Positions 1-12,429 of a DNA stretch of 64,000 nt are shown here, piece by piece. The translations under genes were made by a program, and so were the position numbers. Origin of the DNA: Phycisphaerales bacterium (lineage in GTDB: Bacteria; Planctomycetota; Phycisphaerae; WQYP01); NCBI GenBank assembly GCA_027451365.1, contig DAIDJN010000084.1, forward strand, positions 32,001-96,000, read 5' to 3'. The notes beneath the pieces were generated by a model. The model saw only the letters and a list, made by a program, of their open reading frames with translations. It made no database searches and had not been told where the DNA came from. The first letter of the stretch is position 1; each line of letters opens with the position of its first letter.

Positions 1-2010
<2,010 letters not shown>

Positions 2011-2290
2011 TCACATTTTTTTAGGGATTCACAACCATCCGTGACGTCACAAATTCCGCCGATTTTACTGCCCGCTTCTACACGCAGCGGGGAAATAGAG
2101 AGTATATACGAAAGTGGGCTTTTTCACAATGCGGCCGGGGGTAAAAAGTGCTGGAAAATATGGGGGTTTATAGACGTTCTTTGCCGAGGTTTGAACGCGT
2201 GATACGGGCGGAATTTTGGCAGTTCTGCACGGCAGATTGCGATTAGGGCCGGTGGGGGCCTGGAACAGTATGGGGGACAGAATGCCGGAC

Positions 2291-3052
2291 TTATTCAGAT
2301 AATTCGCGGGCCACCACAAGGCGTTTACGACCAGCCTGCAGGTCGGCCTGCAAACGGGAATCGGATTGTTTGGCATGGGGCGACCTTAATTGATGTTGAA
2401 GCGAGATAAGTTCGCGGCGGATGCGAATGGCGATGTCATCCGGGGACAGATTTTCCAGTTCGGAATATTGAATTGGTTTGCCATAGCGGATTCGGATGGG
2501 GCTGGGCCGCGGCAGGCGACGGCCACGAGGCCACGCTTCATAGGCACCTTCAACTACCACGGGAATGAGCGGAACTTTGGCCCGGCGGACAATAATGGCT
2601 ACGCCTGCGGCGACCGCCCCGATAGACCCATCTGCGGTACGAGTGGCTTCCGGAAAAATGTTAACCAGATACCCTTTGGCCAACCGATCGAGAGCTTCGC
2701 GAATGGCGCTGGAATCCGCCCGTCCGCGGCGGATGGGGAAGGCGTTGGTGACTTCAAACAGATATTGAATAATGCCCCCGCGGAAAAGTGATTCGCGTGC
2801 CATGTAATGAATCTGGCGTTTAAGTGCAATCCCGATTAGCCATGGGTCCAACATGCTTTGATGGTTGGTTACCAGAATAGCCGCGCCTTTGCCCGGCACA
2901 TTTTCGCTCGCGGAAATGCGAATGTGGAACAGCAGCACGGCGATAAACTGAAAAAATACGCGGCCAACGCCCCATAAAAACGCCTGCAGTTTTCCGGTTC
3001 CCTCGCCCCGAAAGATGTATGGCCGCGCGTGCGAGTCCTCTGGCGTCGTCAT
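2291..3052 (-). CDS. plsC: 1-acyl-sn-glycerol-3-phosphate acyltransferase (lysophospholipid acyltransferase family)
   Basis: NHQSMLD (HX4D) and FPEATR motifs; overlaps the cmk stop by 4 nt. Confidence 0.85.
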   Translation of the reverse strand: MTTPEDSHARPYIFRGEGTGKLQAFLWGVGRVFFQFIAVLLFHIRISASENVPGKGAAILVTNHQSMLDPWLIGIALKRQIHYMARESLFRGGIIQYLFEVTNAFPIRRGRADSSAIREALDRLAKGYLVNIFPEATRTADGSIGAVAAGVAIIVRRAKVPLIPVVVEGAYEAWPRGRRLPRPSPIRIRYGKPIQYSELENLSPDDIAIRIRRELISLQHQLRSPHAKQSDSRLQADLQAGRKRLVVARELSE

Positions 3053-3750
3053 GGTGCCACCGGGTTTGGGGAAAAAGTGATGCGGCGGGCGAGTTCATTC
3101 ACCACCTGCTCGAGCGACAAATGGGTGGTATCAACAATACAGGCGCCCTTGGGAATGGCCAGCGGGCCGGTAGCGCGGGCTTGGTCCTGGGAATCACGTG
3201 TTTGTAACTGCTGAACCATATCGTGCAGCGTAATTGGTGTGCCCTTGCGGACTAATTCTGCAACGCGACGGCGGGCGCGTTCCTCTATATTCGCATCAAG
3301 GTAAAATTTATAGGCAGCGTGCGGAAATACAACCGTTCCCTGGTCGCGCCCTTCGGTCACGATCGCCCCGATTTTCTCAGCGATCAGCCGCTGCGATTGC
3401 ACAAGTGCCGATCGAACGGCGGGGTTGTCCGCGGCGGTATAGGTTAAACGGGTAACCTCCGGGGCACGAATAGCTTCCGCCACATCGCGCCCATTAAGGA
3501 GGATATGGGCCGGTTGTCGCGACCAGTCGAAATCCAGTTTCAATGAATTGACACGTAAAGCCATGGCTTGTGGATCGTCAGTTAGCCCCTGCTCCATTGC
3601 ATCCAGGGCGACTGCACGGTACATGGCACCGGTATCCAGATGGTGAAAGCCAAGGGCTTCCGCCAATCGATGGGCCACAGCCGACTTACCGGACCCGGCG
3701 GGGCCATCTAAGGTGATGACAAACGGCTTTCGAGGGTTAGGTTGTGTCAT
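3049..3750 (-). CDS. cmk: (d)CMP kinase
   Basis: ITLDGPAGSGKS P-loop, LDTGAMYRA, EGRDQGTVVFP. Start set at MTQPNP; the track ORF extends to 3861. Confidence 0.93.
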   Translation of the reverse strand: MTQPNPRKPFVITLDGPAGSGKSAVAHRLAEALGFHHLDTGAMYRAVALDAMEQGLTDDPQAMALRVNSLKLDFDWSRQPAHILLNGRDVAEAIRAPEVTRLTYTAADNPAVRSALVQSQRLIAEKIGAIVTEGRDQGTVVFPHAAYKFYLDANIEERARRRVAELVRKGTPITLHDMVQQLQTRDSQDQARATGPLAIPKGACIVDTTHLSLEQVVNELARRITFSPNPVAP

Positions 3751-3943
3751 TATTTGCCAATCCGTGTCATTTCCGGCCGTATCTGGTTCCGCATCCATAG
3801 CCCAAAAAAGGCAAAATTCGGCTAAAATTTGCATCACTCTAATTCGTGGACTATAGTCCATATCAAGAGCTTATACGGGAGATTGTGAACCAAAATTAAC
3901 CTTTGCACAACCAGACTATTACTTTGTCCTTCTCTCCCCTCCG

Positions 3944-3981
3944 GTAGGCGGGCTGGCGTATGCCACCTGCCTACTTTTTTT
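3944..3981 (+). terminator. Intrinsic terminator-like hairpin oriented for a + strand transcript
   Basis: GTAGGCGGG-C-TGGC-GTAT-GCCA-CCTGCCTAC followed by T7. Confidence 0.6.
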
Positions 3982-4173
3982 ATACGTGAAAACCGCAGCC
4001 GTCAAGCTGTCACCGCGGAAGGATCGCCCAGAAAGCCAGGCTTGCGCAAGCAATGAACCCTGTGCGTTGCTCTGCTTCAAATGCGGGACGTGGCAACCAT
4101 CCAGCCGGTCGAATGTGGATAGATCGTCAACTCATGTCGGCCTGGGCAAGCAGTTGTCATTAGCCGGCACGCA

Positions 4174-7100
4174 CTATATGACCTGCGTTTCAGATTTAAC
4201 CCGGTGCACGACAGCCAGAAGCGCGGGAAGCACCACCAGCGTCAGCGGCAACTGAAACAACAGGCCGGTGATAATGGCAATTGCCAGCGGCTGCTGCATC
4301 TGGGCACCCTGTCCCATACCCATCGCCAGGGGCAAAAGCGCCAGAATAGCGGCCAGTGTGGTCATGGCAATGGGTCTCATGCGGTTTTTTCCGGCGGTTA
4401 CAAGACGCCGCATGACTGATTTTTCAGAGCGCATTTCATGAACTTCTGAATAATAGAAAATAGCGACTTCAGTAACAATTCCGACCACCATGGTCATGCC
4501 CATCATGGAGGAGACATTAAGTTCCGTATGTGTGGCCCATAAACCGATAAATACCGTGGCCAGCGCCAGCAGCGGAATAGCCAACAACGCCAGCGCCACG
4601 CGGAAATGCTCATAAAGAAAAAGTAGCACCATGAACACCAGAAGCACCGCGGAAATCATCACAATCAGCAGGCCGTGGAACGCGATCTGCTGTTGCCTGT
4701 ACAGCCCGCCAAGGGAGAAGTAAACACCGGAATCAAACATTCCGGGTTGCGCCAGCACCTGCTTAACCGCCGCTACGGTGGACCCCATATCCCGTCCGCT
4801 AATGCGGGCCTTCACCGCGACCATGCGTTTAAGATTATCTCGCATGATTTCCTGCTGGCCGCGCAGAATTTTGAGCGTCGCGACCATTTTCACGGGAAAT
4901 ACATGACCATCCGGGGCGCGCAGCGCCAGATTGCCGATGTCTCGAATAGTGGCGCGGCGGGCGGCGGGAATCCAGACGCGTACGCCGATCATCTGGGGGC
5001 CGCGCTGAACATGTGTGGTCAGGGTACCGGTAAGATATTCCTTCAGACGCCGCGTAATAGAGTCCGCCGTCATGCCCTGAAGTGCGGCCTCCACCCGATT
5101 GATGCGAATGTCCAGTGCATCTCCGGATAGCACGATACCGCTGCGGGCTTCCACTACTCCGGGAACTTTTTGTATGGCGGCCTTGATGCGGCGGGCTTCG
5201 CGGTCAAGCTCGGATCGGGAATTGGAAAATATTTTAATTTCGATGGGCTGCGGCACCGCGGTTAAATCGCCGATTAAATCCTGCATCAATTGCGCTGTTT
5301 CAATATTCAGACCGGGCACCCGCCGATGCACCTGCCGGCGGATGGAATTCATAATCTGGCTTATGCCGGGCCTGGGCATGCCTTTCAAGCGAACAAAAAA
5401 GTCGCCCGTATATGGCTCGGTTAAGCCGCCACCCAGTTGCAACCCAGTCCGGCGGGAAAACGTATCCACCCATGGATTGGCCAGCAAAATCCTTTCTACC
5501 AGGTGCAACATGCGATTGGTTTCATGCAGCGAAGTGCCGGGTTTGGCGACGTAATCCAGAATAAATCCGCCTTCATCCATGCGCGGCATGAATCCGGAAC
5601 CGACATTTTTCCACGCAAGCCAGCCGGCCACTAGCAGCGGAATAATCAATGCTGTCAGCAGCCAAGGGCGTCGGAGTATACGCACCATGGTCCATTCGTA
5701 AATGCGGTGGCACCATTCGGTAAATCGACCCCCTTCCTTCTGGTTGGCATCCCCGGCGGTCAGTAATCTGGCGGTCAGTACAGGCACGGCAAGCCAGGCG
5801 ACAAGGAAGGAAATAAAAAGTCCCGCTGCCATGGTAATGGAAAGCGCTTTGAAGAATGCCCCTGTTACGCCAGAAAGGAATGCAAGCGGCGCGAAAATAA
5901 TCATAGTGGAGGCGGACGAGCCTGTCAGCGGGCGGGTAAATTCACGGGTAGCCAGGACAATGAGTTGGCGCTGGTCCCTTTCGCTGGCCCCACGAATGCG
6001 GCGGACAATGTGTTCCACCATGACAATCGCGTCGTCGATAATCAGACCGACCGCCGCGGCCATACCGCCCAGGGTCATAATGTTGAAACTCATGTGCAGA
6101 AGGTAAAGCAGCAAAATGGTCGCGGCAAGCACCGCCGGCACGCAAAGTGCGGCGATCAGAGTAATTTTCCAGTTTCGCAGAAAGACCAGCAGTACCACAA
6201 TGGCCAGCAGCACCCCAACGATGACCGCATCGCGCACGGAAACCGCGGAAGTCAGGATAAGCTGGCTTTGGTCATACCATGTGGAAATATGAACACCGGT
6301 CGGCAAAAGACGCCGATAGGCGTTGAGCTTTTGTGTGATGTGTCGGGCAATTCGCACCGTATTTCCGCCGGGCTGCTGAAACACCTGAAGCAGAACAGCG
6401 TTCTGGCCGTCGGCAGTGACGCGAACCCATTGCGGGCGGGTGGATTTTTCGACCCGCGCCACATCCGCAAGGCGAACAATTCCATTCGCACCGGAGCGCA
6501 GTATTGTCTGACTGATCTGATGGAGGCTTTTGTAGCGCGTATCGGCAATAATCAGATAAAGCCGGTCGTGGTCTTCCATGCGGCCCACGGAGGTCAGTAC
6601 GTTGGATGTGGACAACGCACGGGAGACCGCGCCAAGCGTAAGCCCATAGGATTCCAGGCGACCAGGATTAACTATCACGCGATATTCTTCCACCGCGCCG
6701 CCCTGCACCTGCACGCGGGCCACACCATGCACGGTGGTCAGCAGTGTGCGGAGTTTATATTCAGCGATATAGCGCAATTGCACAGGCGAAAGCCGGTGCG
6801 ACGTCAGGCTATAGCCAAGCACCGGAAAATTAGTGGTATCCATCCGTTTGGCACGAAAATCGGTGCCGGGGGGCAATTTGTTTAATATGCCATCAAGCTG
6901 AGATTGCACTTGCAGCAGGGCGCGTGCCATATTTGTGCCCCACGCAAAATTCACCACGACTTCGGCGCTGCCGCGCGAGGTAGTGGATTTTACGCCGCGC
7001 ACCCCCGGTACACTGCGCAGTGCTTCTTCGACCGGATATGTCACAGCGACGGCCATGCGGGATGCGGGCCGGTCGCCGGCATCCACGTTGACTTCAATGC

Positions 7101-7230
7101 GCGGAAAGCTGACACGCGGGAAGAGTGAAACCGGCAGGGAAAATCCCGCCAGAATGCCGCCGGTTGCCAGCATCAGAATCAGGAAAATAATTGAACGCGT
7201 ATGCGTGTGAATCCAGGTGGTAAAATTCAT
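4174..7230 (-). CDS. RND efflux transporter permease (AcrB/CusA/CzcA superfamily)
   Basis: 1018 aa with two periplasmic loops and two TM bundles; GLIIDDAIVMVE and RMRPIAMT motifs. Confidence 0.93.
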   Translation of the reverse strand: MNFTTWIHTHTRSIIFLILMLATGGILAGFSLPVSLFPRVSFPRIEVNVDAGDRPASRMAVAVTYPVEEALRSVPGVRGVKSTTSRGSAEVVVNFAWGTNMARALLQVQSQLDGILNKLPPGTDFRAKRMDTTNFPVLGYSLTSHRLSPVQLRYIAEYKLRTLLTTVHGVARVQVQGGAVEEYRVIVNPGRLESYGLTLGAVSRALSTSNVLTSVGRMEDHDRLYLIIADTRYKSLHQISQTILRSGANGIVRLADVARVEKSTRPQWVRVTADGQNAVLLQVFQQPGGNTVRIARHITQKLNAYRRLLPTGVHISTWYDQSQLILTSAVSVRDAVIVGVLLAIVVLLVFLRNWKITLIAALCVPAVLAATILLLYLLHMSFNIMTLGGMAAAVGLIIDDAIVMVEHIVRRIRGASERDQRQLIVLATREFTRPLTGSSASTMIIFAPLAFLSGVTGAFFKALSITMAAGLFISFLVAWLAVPVLTARLLTAGDANQKEGGRFTEWCHRIYEWTMVRILRRPWLLTALIIPLLVAGWLAWKNVGSGFMPRMDEGGFILDYVAKPGTSLHETNRMLHLVERILLANPWVDTFSRRTGLQLGGGLTEPYTGDFFVRLKGMPRPGISQIMNSIRRQVHRRVPGLNIETAQLMQDLIGDLTAVPQPIEIKIFSNSRSELDREARRIKAAIQKVPGVVEARSGIVLSGDALDIRINRVEAALQGMTADSITRRLKEYLTGTLTTHVQRGPQMIGVRVWIPAARRATIRDIGNLALRAPDGHVFPVKMVATLKILRGQQEIMRDNLKRMVAVKARISGRDMGSTVAAVKQVLAQPGMFDSGVYFSLGGLYRQQQIAFHGLLIVMISAVLLVFMVLLFLYEHFRVALALLAIPLLALATVFIGLWATHTELNVSSMMGMTMVVGIVTEVAIFYYSEVHEMRSEKSVMRRLVTAGKNRMRPIAMTTLAAILALLPLAMGMGQGAQMQQPLAIAIITGLLFQLPLTLVVLPALLAVVHRVKSETQVI

Positions 7231-8318
7231 GGGACAAATTTTCCAGTCACAGCCATTCCATTGGTTAATTCGGCATTGCCGCTGACAATGACCGGTTCGC
7301 CGGGGACCAGGCCATGGCCGGTTATTTCCAGCGCGTAATCCGTTGAAAGTTGAATCGTGACGCGGTGCCGCCGCGCCCGACCATTGTGCACGGTATAAAG
7401 AATTTCGGATGATCCGAAAGGAAGCACTGCGGACGGGGGCACCAGCAATCCTTTGCGTACGCGAAGCACGATTTTCGCCCGAATAAACTGGCCCAGCAGT
7501 AAATCAGAATCGGCGGGCGGCCGAACAAAAACGTTGACCAGCCGGGTTCGCGGGTCAACCTCATGCGTGATCAGGCGAATAATGCCGGGAGGTCCGATCG
7601 GTCTGGATTCACCGACGGGAAACAATCGTGCATGATGACCGGCCGCCAGACGAAGAGCATCTTCAGGTTCGACGCCCAGGCGAACTTCAATATCATGTGA
7701 AGAGACAAGTTGGAGGAGTGGTCCTCCAGCTGGAACAATTTGTCCGGGCTCAACAGAAATTCGGGCAACCAGACCTCCGCGGGTGCTTTTTATGATACGC
7801 GGGCCTCCGATGCCGCGGGCTTGCAAATTGGCCAGACGAAGCGCGGCCAGCGCCGCAGTCTGTCTGGCCAGCAGCAGATCGTGTCGGGTGGCCAGCCGCA
7901 GGTTAAAGCGTGCCAGCACTTCAGCCAATTGCTGTGCGGAGGCTCTGGCCTGCCGACGGGCTTCGGCCAGAAGCAATATTTCTCGTTGGCTGGCTTCTAC
8001 CTGGACCAGCGGTTCGCCGCGCAGGACTTGCTGGCCGCGCGAAACCAGCACACGCAGAGCCTGACTTTCAAACGGTACAGCCACATTCGCAATAGCGCTG
8101 GCGCGCGCGACCACGGTGCCGTAGGACTCAACCGTTTCGCGTAATTCACCGGTCTTCAGAGGTACTGTTTTGACAGTGGCCACCACGTCGGCTTGGCGCG
8201 TTGGAACGTGAAATGCCGCCACCACGGCAGGCGTACGGGTCGGATGCAACATGTGGTTTAGAACAATTCCCAACGTGCATAAAAGAAGTATCGCAAAAAT
8301 CCAGCGCAGCTTTTTCAT
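7227..8318 (-). CDS. RND periplasmic adaptor (membrane fusion protein)
   Basis: N-terminal TM anchor, lipoyl-like half motifs (GQQVLRGEPL, GQIVPAGGPL), VDPRTR; 4-nt overlap with the permease. Confidence 0.9.
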   Translation of the reverse strand: MKKLRWIFAILLLCTLGIVLNHMLHPTRTPAVVAAFHVPTRQADVVATVKTVPLKTGELRETVESYGTVVARASAIANVAVPFESQALRVLVSRGQQVLRGEPLVQVEASQREILLLAEARRQARASAQQLAEVLARFNLRLATRHDLLLARQTAALAALRLANLQARGIGGPRIIKSTRGGLVARISVEPGQIVPAGGPLLQLVSSHDIEVRLGVEPEDALRLAAGHHARLFPVGESRPIGPPGIIRLITHEVDPRTRLVNVFVRPPADSDLLLGQFIRAKIVLRVRKGLLVPPSAVLPFGSSEILYTVHNGRARRHRVTIQLSTDYALEITGHGLVPGEPVIVSGNAELTNGMAVTGKFVP

Positions 8319-9790
8319 GAATGTGGACTCCTGTGGCGGACCTTTGAAGGCGCGGCATTCTTCGCCCGCTGTTTAAGAAATTGGCCACTGGCCAGTTCAA
8401 GGGCCAGCAGGTTTTGTTCGAGCCGGCCCTTGAGTGCAATCAGACGTATTCGCCGGTCCACAAGCTGACCGATCAGAGTGTAATACGTGACCACATCGGT
8501 ATTCCCAAGCCGTAAAGCCTGACGGTACCGCCGGACAAGTGTCTCAAGACTGTTGACGGATTTTTCCAGCGCCGCGATGCGCGCCGTCAGGTCGTGTACG
8601 TTCGTGACGGCGATGGCGACGTCCGATCGACCCTTGAAAACGCGTGAGATATAAGAGTCAAAAAGCTCGCGGCGGGTCGCTTTTTGGATCGCGATATTGC
8701 CCTGATTGCGGTCAAATATTGGAATGTCTACGGTTACACCAAACCCGGTGGTGTGCACATTGGTGTTGTCACTGGCCTGTTGAAACCCAATTGAAATATT
8801 GGGAAATTGACGCAATATCGCGGCACGCAGGCGCTGCTCCTGACTTTTGTAGCCCAATTGCAAGGCCAGCAGGTCGGGACGATAGCGTTCCATATCCGCC
8901 ACAAGAACCGGCTGGGGCGGAAGCGAAACGTGCGATGGCAGCGTCAGGCGGGCACTGATGGAAATGGGCGTCCGCGGAGGAACGTCCATGACGCGGGCGA
9001 GGGCCAACTTCTGGAGTGCCATGGTCTGATTTAATTTGAGAATCAGATCGTTGGCCTGCCGCGTTGCGGCGCGGGCGGCGTTGTATTCCAACACCGTGGT
9101 CAGGCGGGCGTGGTATGCTTTTCGCGCCACAGCATAACCCTTGGCCAGTTCTGCCGCGGCGAGCAGCGCCTGGCGCTTTTGTTTCATGGCAACGGCAAGA
9201 TTGTAAACTGCAATACGGGCGGCCATTGCCACTTGCCATTCGCGCCACGCAATTTCCAGGTCGATTTGTCCGCGATGATAGCGCGCCGCGGCCATGCGGG
9301 CTTGTCGATCGATCAGACGCGTGAGATTCCAATTCAGACTCAGGCCATAGGCGGTAAAGGTATCGGTTCGGAAGCCACCGGTGACAAAATCGGTGCTTTC
9401 AGACAGTTGGGGATTCGGCAGAATTCCAGCCTGCATTAATTGTGCCGACGCTTCGCCGCGCATATCACGCATAGCCCGCAGATTTGGATTTGCAAGAACC
9501 GCGATGATTGCGGCTTCCGCGGGAAGTAGTCCGTGCCGCGGCTGAAGTCTCAGAGAACCGACAGCGATTTTGGCAAAATGTGCCGCGCGCTTCTTCAGTG
9601 TTTGCCAAGCGGGCGTTCGCAACGATTTGTCAACCGCGGCCGCGGTAAGCGGTTTGGCACGGTAACTCTGGCAGCCGCCCGTAGGACCAACCATCAACAA
9701 AAGCAGGATGATTGGCAACGCGCGGGCGGTGGCATGCGAAGTTAGAAACATCTGATTTTGATTAAAACCTGCTGGTGCAGCCTTATTCAT
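8315..9790 (-). CDS. TolC-family outer membrane efflux protein (probable lipoprotein)
   Basis: Lipobox-like PTGGC, ANPNLRA, PNPQL, IPIFDRNQG; operonic with MFP and RND genes. Start uncertain. Confidence 0.88.
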   Translation of the reverse strand: MNKAAPAGFNQNQMFLTSHATARALPIILLLLMVGPTGGCQSYRAKPLTAAAVDKSLRTPAWQTLKKRAAHFAKIAVGSLRLQPRHGLLPAEAAIIAVLANPNLRAMRDMRGEASAQLMQAGILPNPQLSESTDFVTGGFRTDTFTAYGLSLNWNLTRLIDRQARMAAARYHRGQIDLEIAWREWQVAMAARIAVYNLAVAMKQKRQALLAAAELAKGYAVARKAYHARLTTVLEYNAARAATRQANDLILKLNQTMALQKLALARVMDVPPRTPISISARLTLPSHVSLPPQPVLVADMERYRPDLLALQLGYKSQEQRLRAAILRQFPNISIGFQQASDNTNVHTTGFGVTVDIPIFDRNQGNIAIQKATRRELFDSYISRVFKGRSDVAIAVTNVHDLTARIAALEKSVNSLETLVRRYRQALRLGNTDVVTYYTLIGQLVDRRIRLIALKGRLEQNLLALELASGQFLKQRAKNAAPSKVRHRSPHS

Positions 9791-11273
9791 GCCCGGTCAT
9801 ATCCCTGAAAAACACCTCAACTTGAAACCAGCCGTTCATTTCGGCTAATACCCGGATATTTCCACCGGTGGCGTCAAGTACGCGCTTGACGATTGACAGC
9901 CCCAGGCCGGCATGTAGTCCGCTTTGCGTTCGGGCCGCGTCGCCGCGCCAGAAACGGTCAAACACTCGCTGGGAGTCTTCCGCGGCGATGTGACTGCCGG
10001 TATTGGCCGTGCGCAGCAAAACGCCGCCGGCCGCCTGAGTAACTTCAATTTCCACCTGTCCGCCCTGCTCAGTATAACTGATCGCATTATCGAGTAAATT
10101 CTGGATGACCATCCGCACAGCGCCCGGGGGCGCTGATAGCGGGCACTCCTGAAGTTTCGGATGAATGATATTTATTTTGCGGGCGGCAATTTCAGTGGAG
10201 TAAACCTCAAGCACTTCCGTGACCAGACGATCGACCCGTACGCGACCACCACTGAATTTAAACTGATTGCCCTCCAAGCGGGATAAAGTAAGCAGATTCT
10301 CCACCATGACCTGCATTTGCAGGGTAACAGAAAGACAGTTTTGCACGCAATCCTGATATTCGGCCGATGTGCGAATGCGCTTGTCCGCCAGTTCCAGTGT
10401 CGTTCGCAGGCCCGCGATGGGAGTACGCAGTTCGTGGGCAATGTCGGCGGTCAACTGCTTTTCGCGGGTAAACGCGTTTTGGACGCGTCCCAGAAGTTCA
10501 TTGAGTCGCTGGACAATGGGTGTGAGTTCGGCCGGTACACCGGTGGGAGTAAGGCGGTCGGACATATCAGATATACCCACCGCTTCAATGCGCTGGGAAA
10601 TCAGTCGTACCGGGGCCAGACCGCGGGTTACGATCAGTATCAACAGCGCTGCGGACACCAGTACGGCTCCGCCGCAGCCCAGGGCCAGTGAACCGGCTAG
10701 AATTGTTTTTGTGTCGTTTAAGCTTTCGAGCGGGTGGGCGACGGCGACAATGAAGGTCGCACCCAATCTCCTGGTCCGCGATTGTTGGTCCGCTCCGCCC
10801 TTCGACCCCGGCCTGGATTCCCCATCATGATGTTCTCCGTGCTGCTGGTCGTGATCGTCGGATTCCAAATGGACGAGTGCCACGGCCTGGCCGAGGTGAA
10901 GGTCTTCATGAAGTCGAACATTGTGAAAAAAGATGCTTCCGGGGGAGGGGCGAGCGAAAGTGAGCGAATAATGAGCCAATTCAGGGCTTTTATAGATCGG
11001 GTGTCCCTGGATATTCCAGACTTCCACATAACGCGGAAAGGCCGCGGCCTGACCGAAGCCCAATGCGTCTTGTGGGGAATCCAGGCTGATGCGTCCCTGA
11101 TGGCCCACATCAATCGCGGCGACCACCGCGCTAAGGCGAGAGGTAAGCACCTGACGGAATTGCCGATCCAGACTGTGGCTGACCAGAAAGTAGATGAATA
11201 CTCCAAGACTGGTCAGCAGGATAGCGGTAGTCAACCCGCTGGCGAACATTATGTTACGTCGGATAGACTTCAT
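9783..11273 (-). CDS. Sensor histidine kinase with HAMP domain (CusS/CzcS-like) and His/Asp-rich periplasmic loop
   Basis: Two TMs, H-box DIAHELRTP, N-box NLLDNAI, FDRFWRGD, GLGLSIV. Confidence 0.92.
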   Translation of the reverse strand: MKSIRRNIMFASGLTTAILLTSLGVFIYFLVSHSLDRQFRQVLTSRLSAVVAAIDVGHQGRISLDSPQDALGFGQAAAFPRYVEVWNIQGHPIYKSPELAHYSLTFARPSPGSIFFHNVRLHEDLHLGQAVALVHLESDDHDQQHGEHHDGESRPGSKGGADQQSRTRRLGATFIVAVAHPLESLNDTKTILAGSLALGCGGAVLVSAALLILIVTRGLAPVRLISQRIEAVGISDMSDRLTPTGVPAELTPIVQRLNELLGRVQNAFTREKQLTADIAHELRTPIAGLRTTLELADKRIRTSAEYQDCVQNCLSVTLQMQVMVENLLTLSRLEGNQFKFSGGRVRVDRLVTEVLEVYSTEIAARKINIIHPKLQECPLSAPPGAVRMVIQNLLDNAISYTEQGGQVEIEVTQAAGGVLLRTANTGSHIAAEDSQRVFDRFWRGDAARTQSGLHAGLGLSIVKRVLDATGGNIRVLAEMNGWFQVEVFFRDMTGHE

Positions 11274-11279
11274 GCGATG

Positions 11280-11945
11280 TTATTCAATTAAATATCCCTG
11301 GCCGCGCCTCGTCTGGATGAGGCGCGGTCCATTGGCAGTCTCAATCTTGCGGCGAAGCAGCCCAATGAATACATCCACAACATTACTTTCCAAGGCCGCA
11401 TTCTGGTCATAGACATGTTCCCAGATGTCACTTCGTGATACAACCTGGCCGCGCCGGAGCGAAAGGTATTCCAGAATGGCGTATTCACGCGCGGAAAGTT
11501 CTATTTCCAGTTCGTTGCGGAATACCCGGCGCGCCGCAAGGTCCAGTTTCAGATCGCCAACTTTCCTGAAGCTGGCGTCCGGCTGATAGCGACGACGAAT
11601 CAGAGCCCGCAGGCGTGCCAGCAATTCAGACAACGAAAATGGCTTAACCATGTAATCGTCAGCCCCGGCATCCAGACCTTTGACCCGCTCATCGAGTGTA
11701 TCACGTGCAGTAAGAATTAGGACGCAGGGGCGGGATTTAAGCGAGTTGATGGCCTTTAGCACAGCTAGGCCATCCGCACCCGGAAGCATAATATCAAGAA
11801 CAACGGCGTCAAATGCGGTCCGGCTGATCAGACTTATCGCCAGTCGGCCATCAGAGGTGGCGTCCACCGCGTATGATTCTTCGCGCAGGGCCTGTACCAG
11901 CGAATCACGCAGCGGTTTAAAATCCTCCACGACTAATAGTCGCAT
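11280..11945 (-). CDS. OmpR-family response regulator
   Basis: MRLLVVED, VLDIMLP, LTARD, GADDYMVKPF; winged helix ending TRRGQGY. Confidence 0.93.
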   Translation of the reverse strand: MRLLVVEDFKPLRDSLVQALREESYAVDATSDGRLAISLISRTAFDAVVLDIMLPGADGLAVLKAINSLKSRPCVLILTARDTLDERVKGLDAGADDYMVKPFSLSELLARLRALIRRRYQPDASFRKVGDLKLDLAARRVFRNELEIELSAREYAILEYLSLRRGQVVSRSDIWEHVYDQNAALESNVVDVFIGLLRRKIETANGPRLIQTRRGQGYLIE

Positions 11946-12033
11946 GAACATTTCCAAAAATAGACCACGGCCCGGCACGGGCAACCACTGCCTGTGAACC
12001 GGGCCGCAGTCGCGGGACTTTTACAATTCACGG

Positions 12034-12429
12034 TCAGTTGTTGTCCCCATCATCATCGCCATCATGATGGTCTTTGTCACCTTTGTCGCCATCAGCGTGG
12101 TCGTGGTCTTTGTCGCCTTTGTCGCCATCGGCATGGTCGTGGTCTTTGTCGCCGGAATCACCATCGCGCAAGCTCGCGGGGCGTCCGACATTATCCAACA
12201 TACCGGCAAGCGGACGGTTCAAGTCATAAGTTCGGAGCAAACTAGAACCGGTCCGGCTGAAAGTAGCGATTACCACTTGGGGGCGGATGGTCTTTTGAAA
12301 TGCAAAGCAATCTCCCTGTCCGGCATGGGCTTCCGCCACGCTGGTCATCGAACCAAAGGTAATCAGCCCAAATAGGGCTATGACAATTTTGACTGCTACG
12401 CTTTCCAGTAACCAGTTTCTGTAAAACAT
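12034..12429 (-). CDS. Small exported protein with Asp/His/Lys/Gly repeat tail (putative metal-binding)
   Basis: GAGGAG SD before ATG 12429; hydrophobic signal ending AEA; C-terminus GDKDHDHADGDK repeats then HHDGDDDGDNN; first gene of the TCS-RND operon. Confidence 0.65.
   Translation of the reverse strand: MFYRNWLLESVAVKIVIALFGLITFGSMTSVAEAHAGQGDCFAFQKTIRPQVVIATFSRTGSSLLRTYDLNRPLAGMLDNVGRPASLRDGDSGDKDHDHADGDKGDKDHDHADGDKGDKDHHDGDDDGDNN
12068..12153. repeat. 36-bp coding tandem repeat, about 2.4 copies
   Basis: TGGTCTTTGTC recurs at 12068, 12104 and 12140. Confidence 0.9.

Noticed and set aside
4174..7230. Naming the RND pump cusA or czcA
   Set aside because: Metal-specific residues could not be verified by eye; the substrate is inferred from context only.
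12068..12153. 36-bp repeats as a CRISPR array
   Set aside because: Head-to-tail with no spacers, in-frame coding, and no cas genes.
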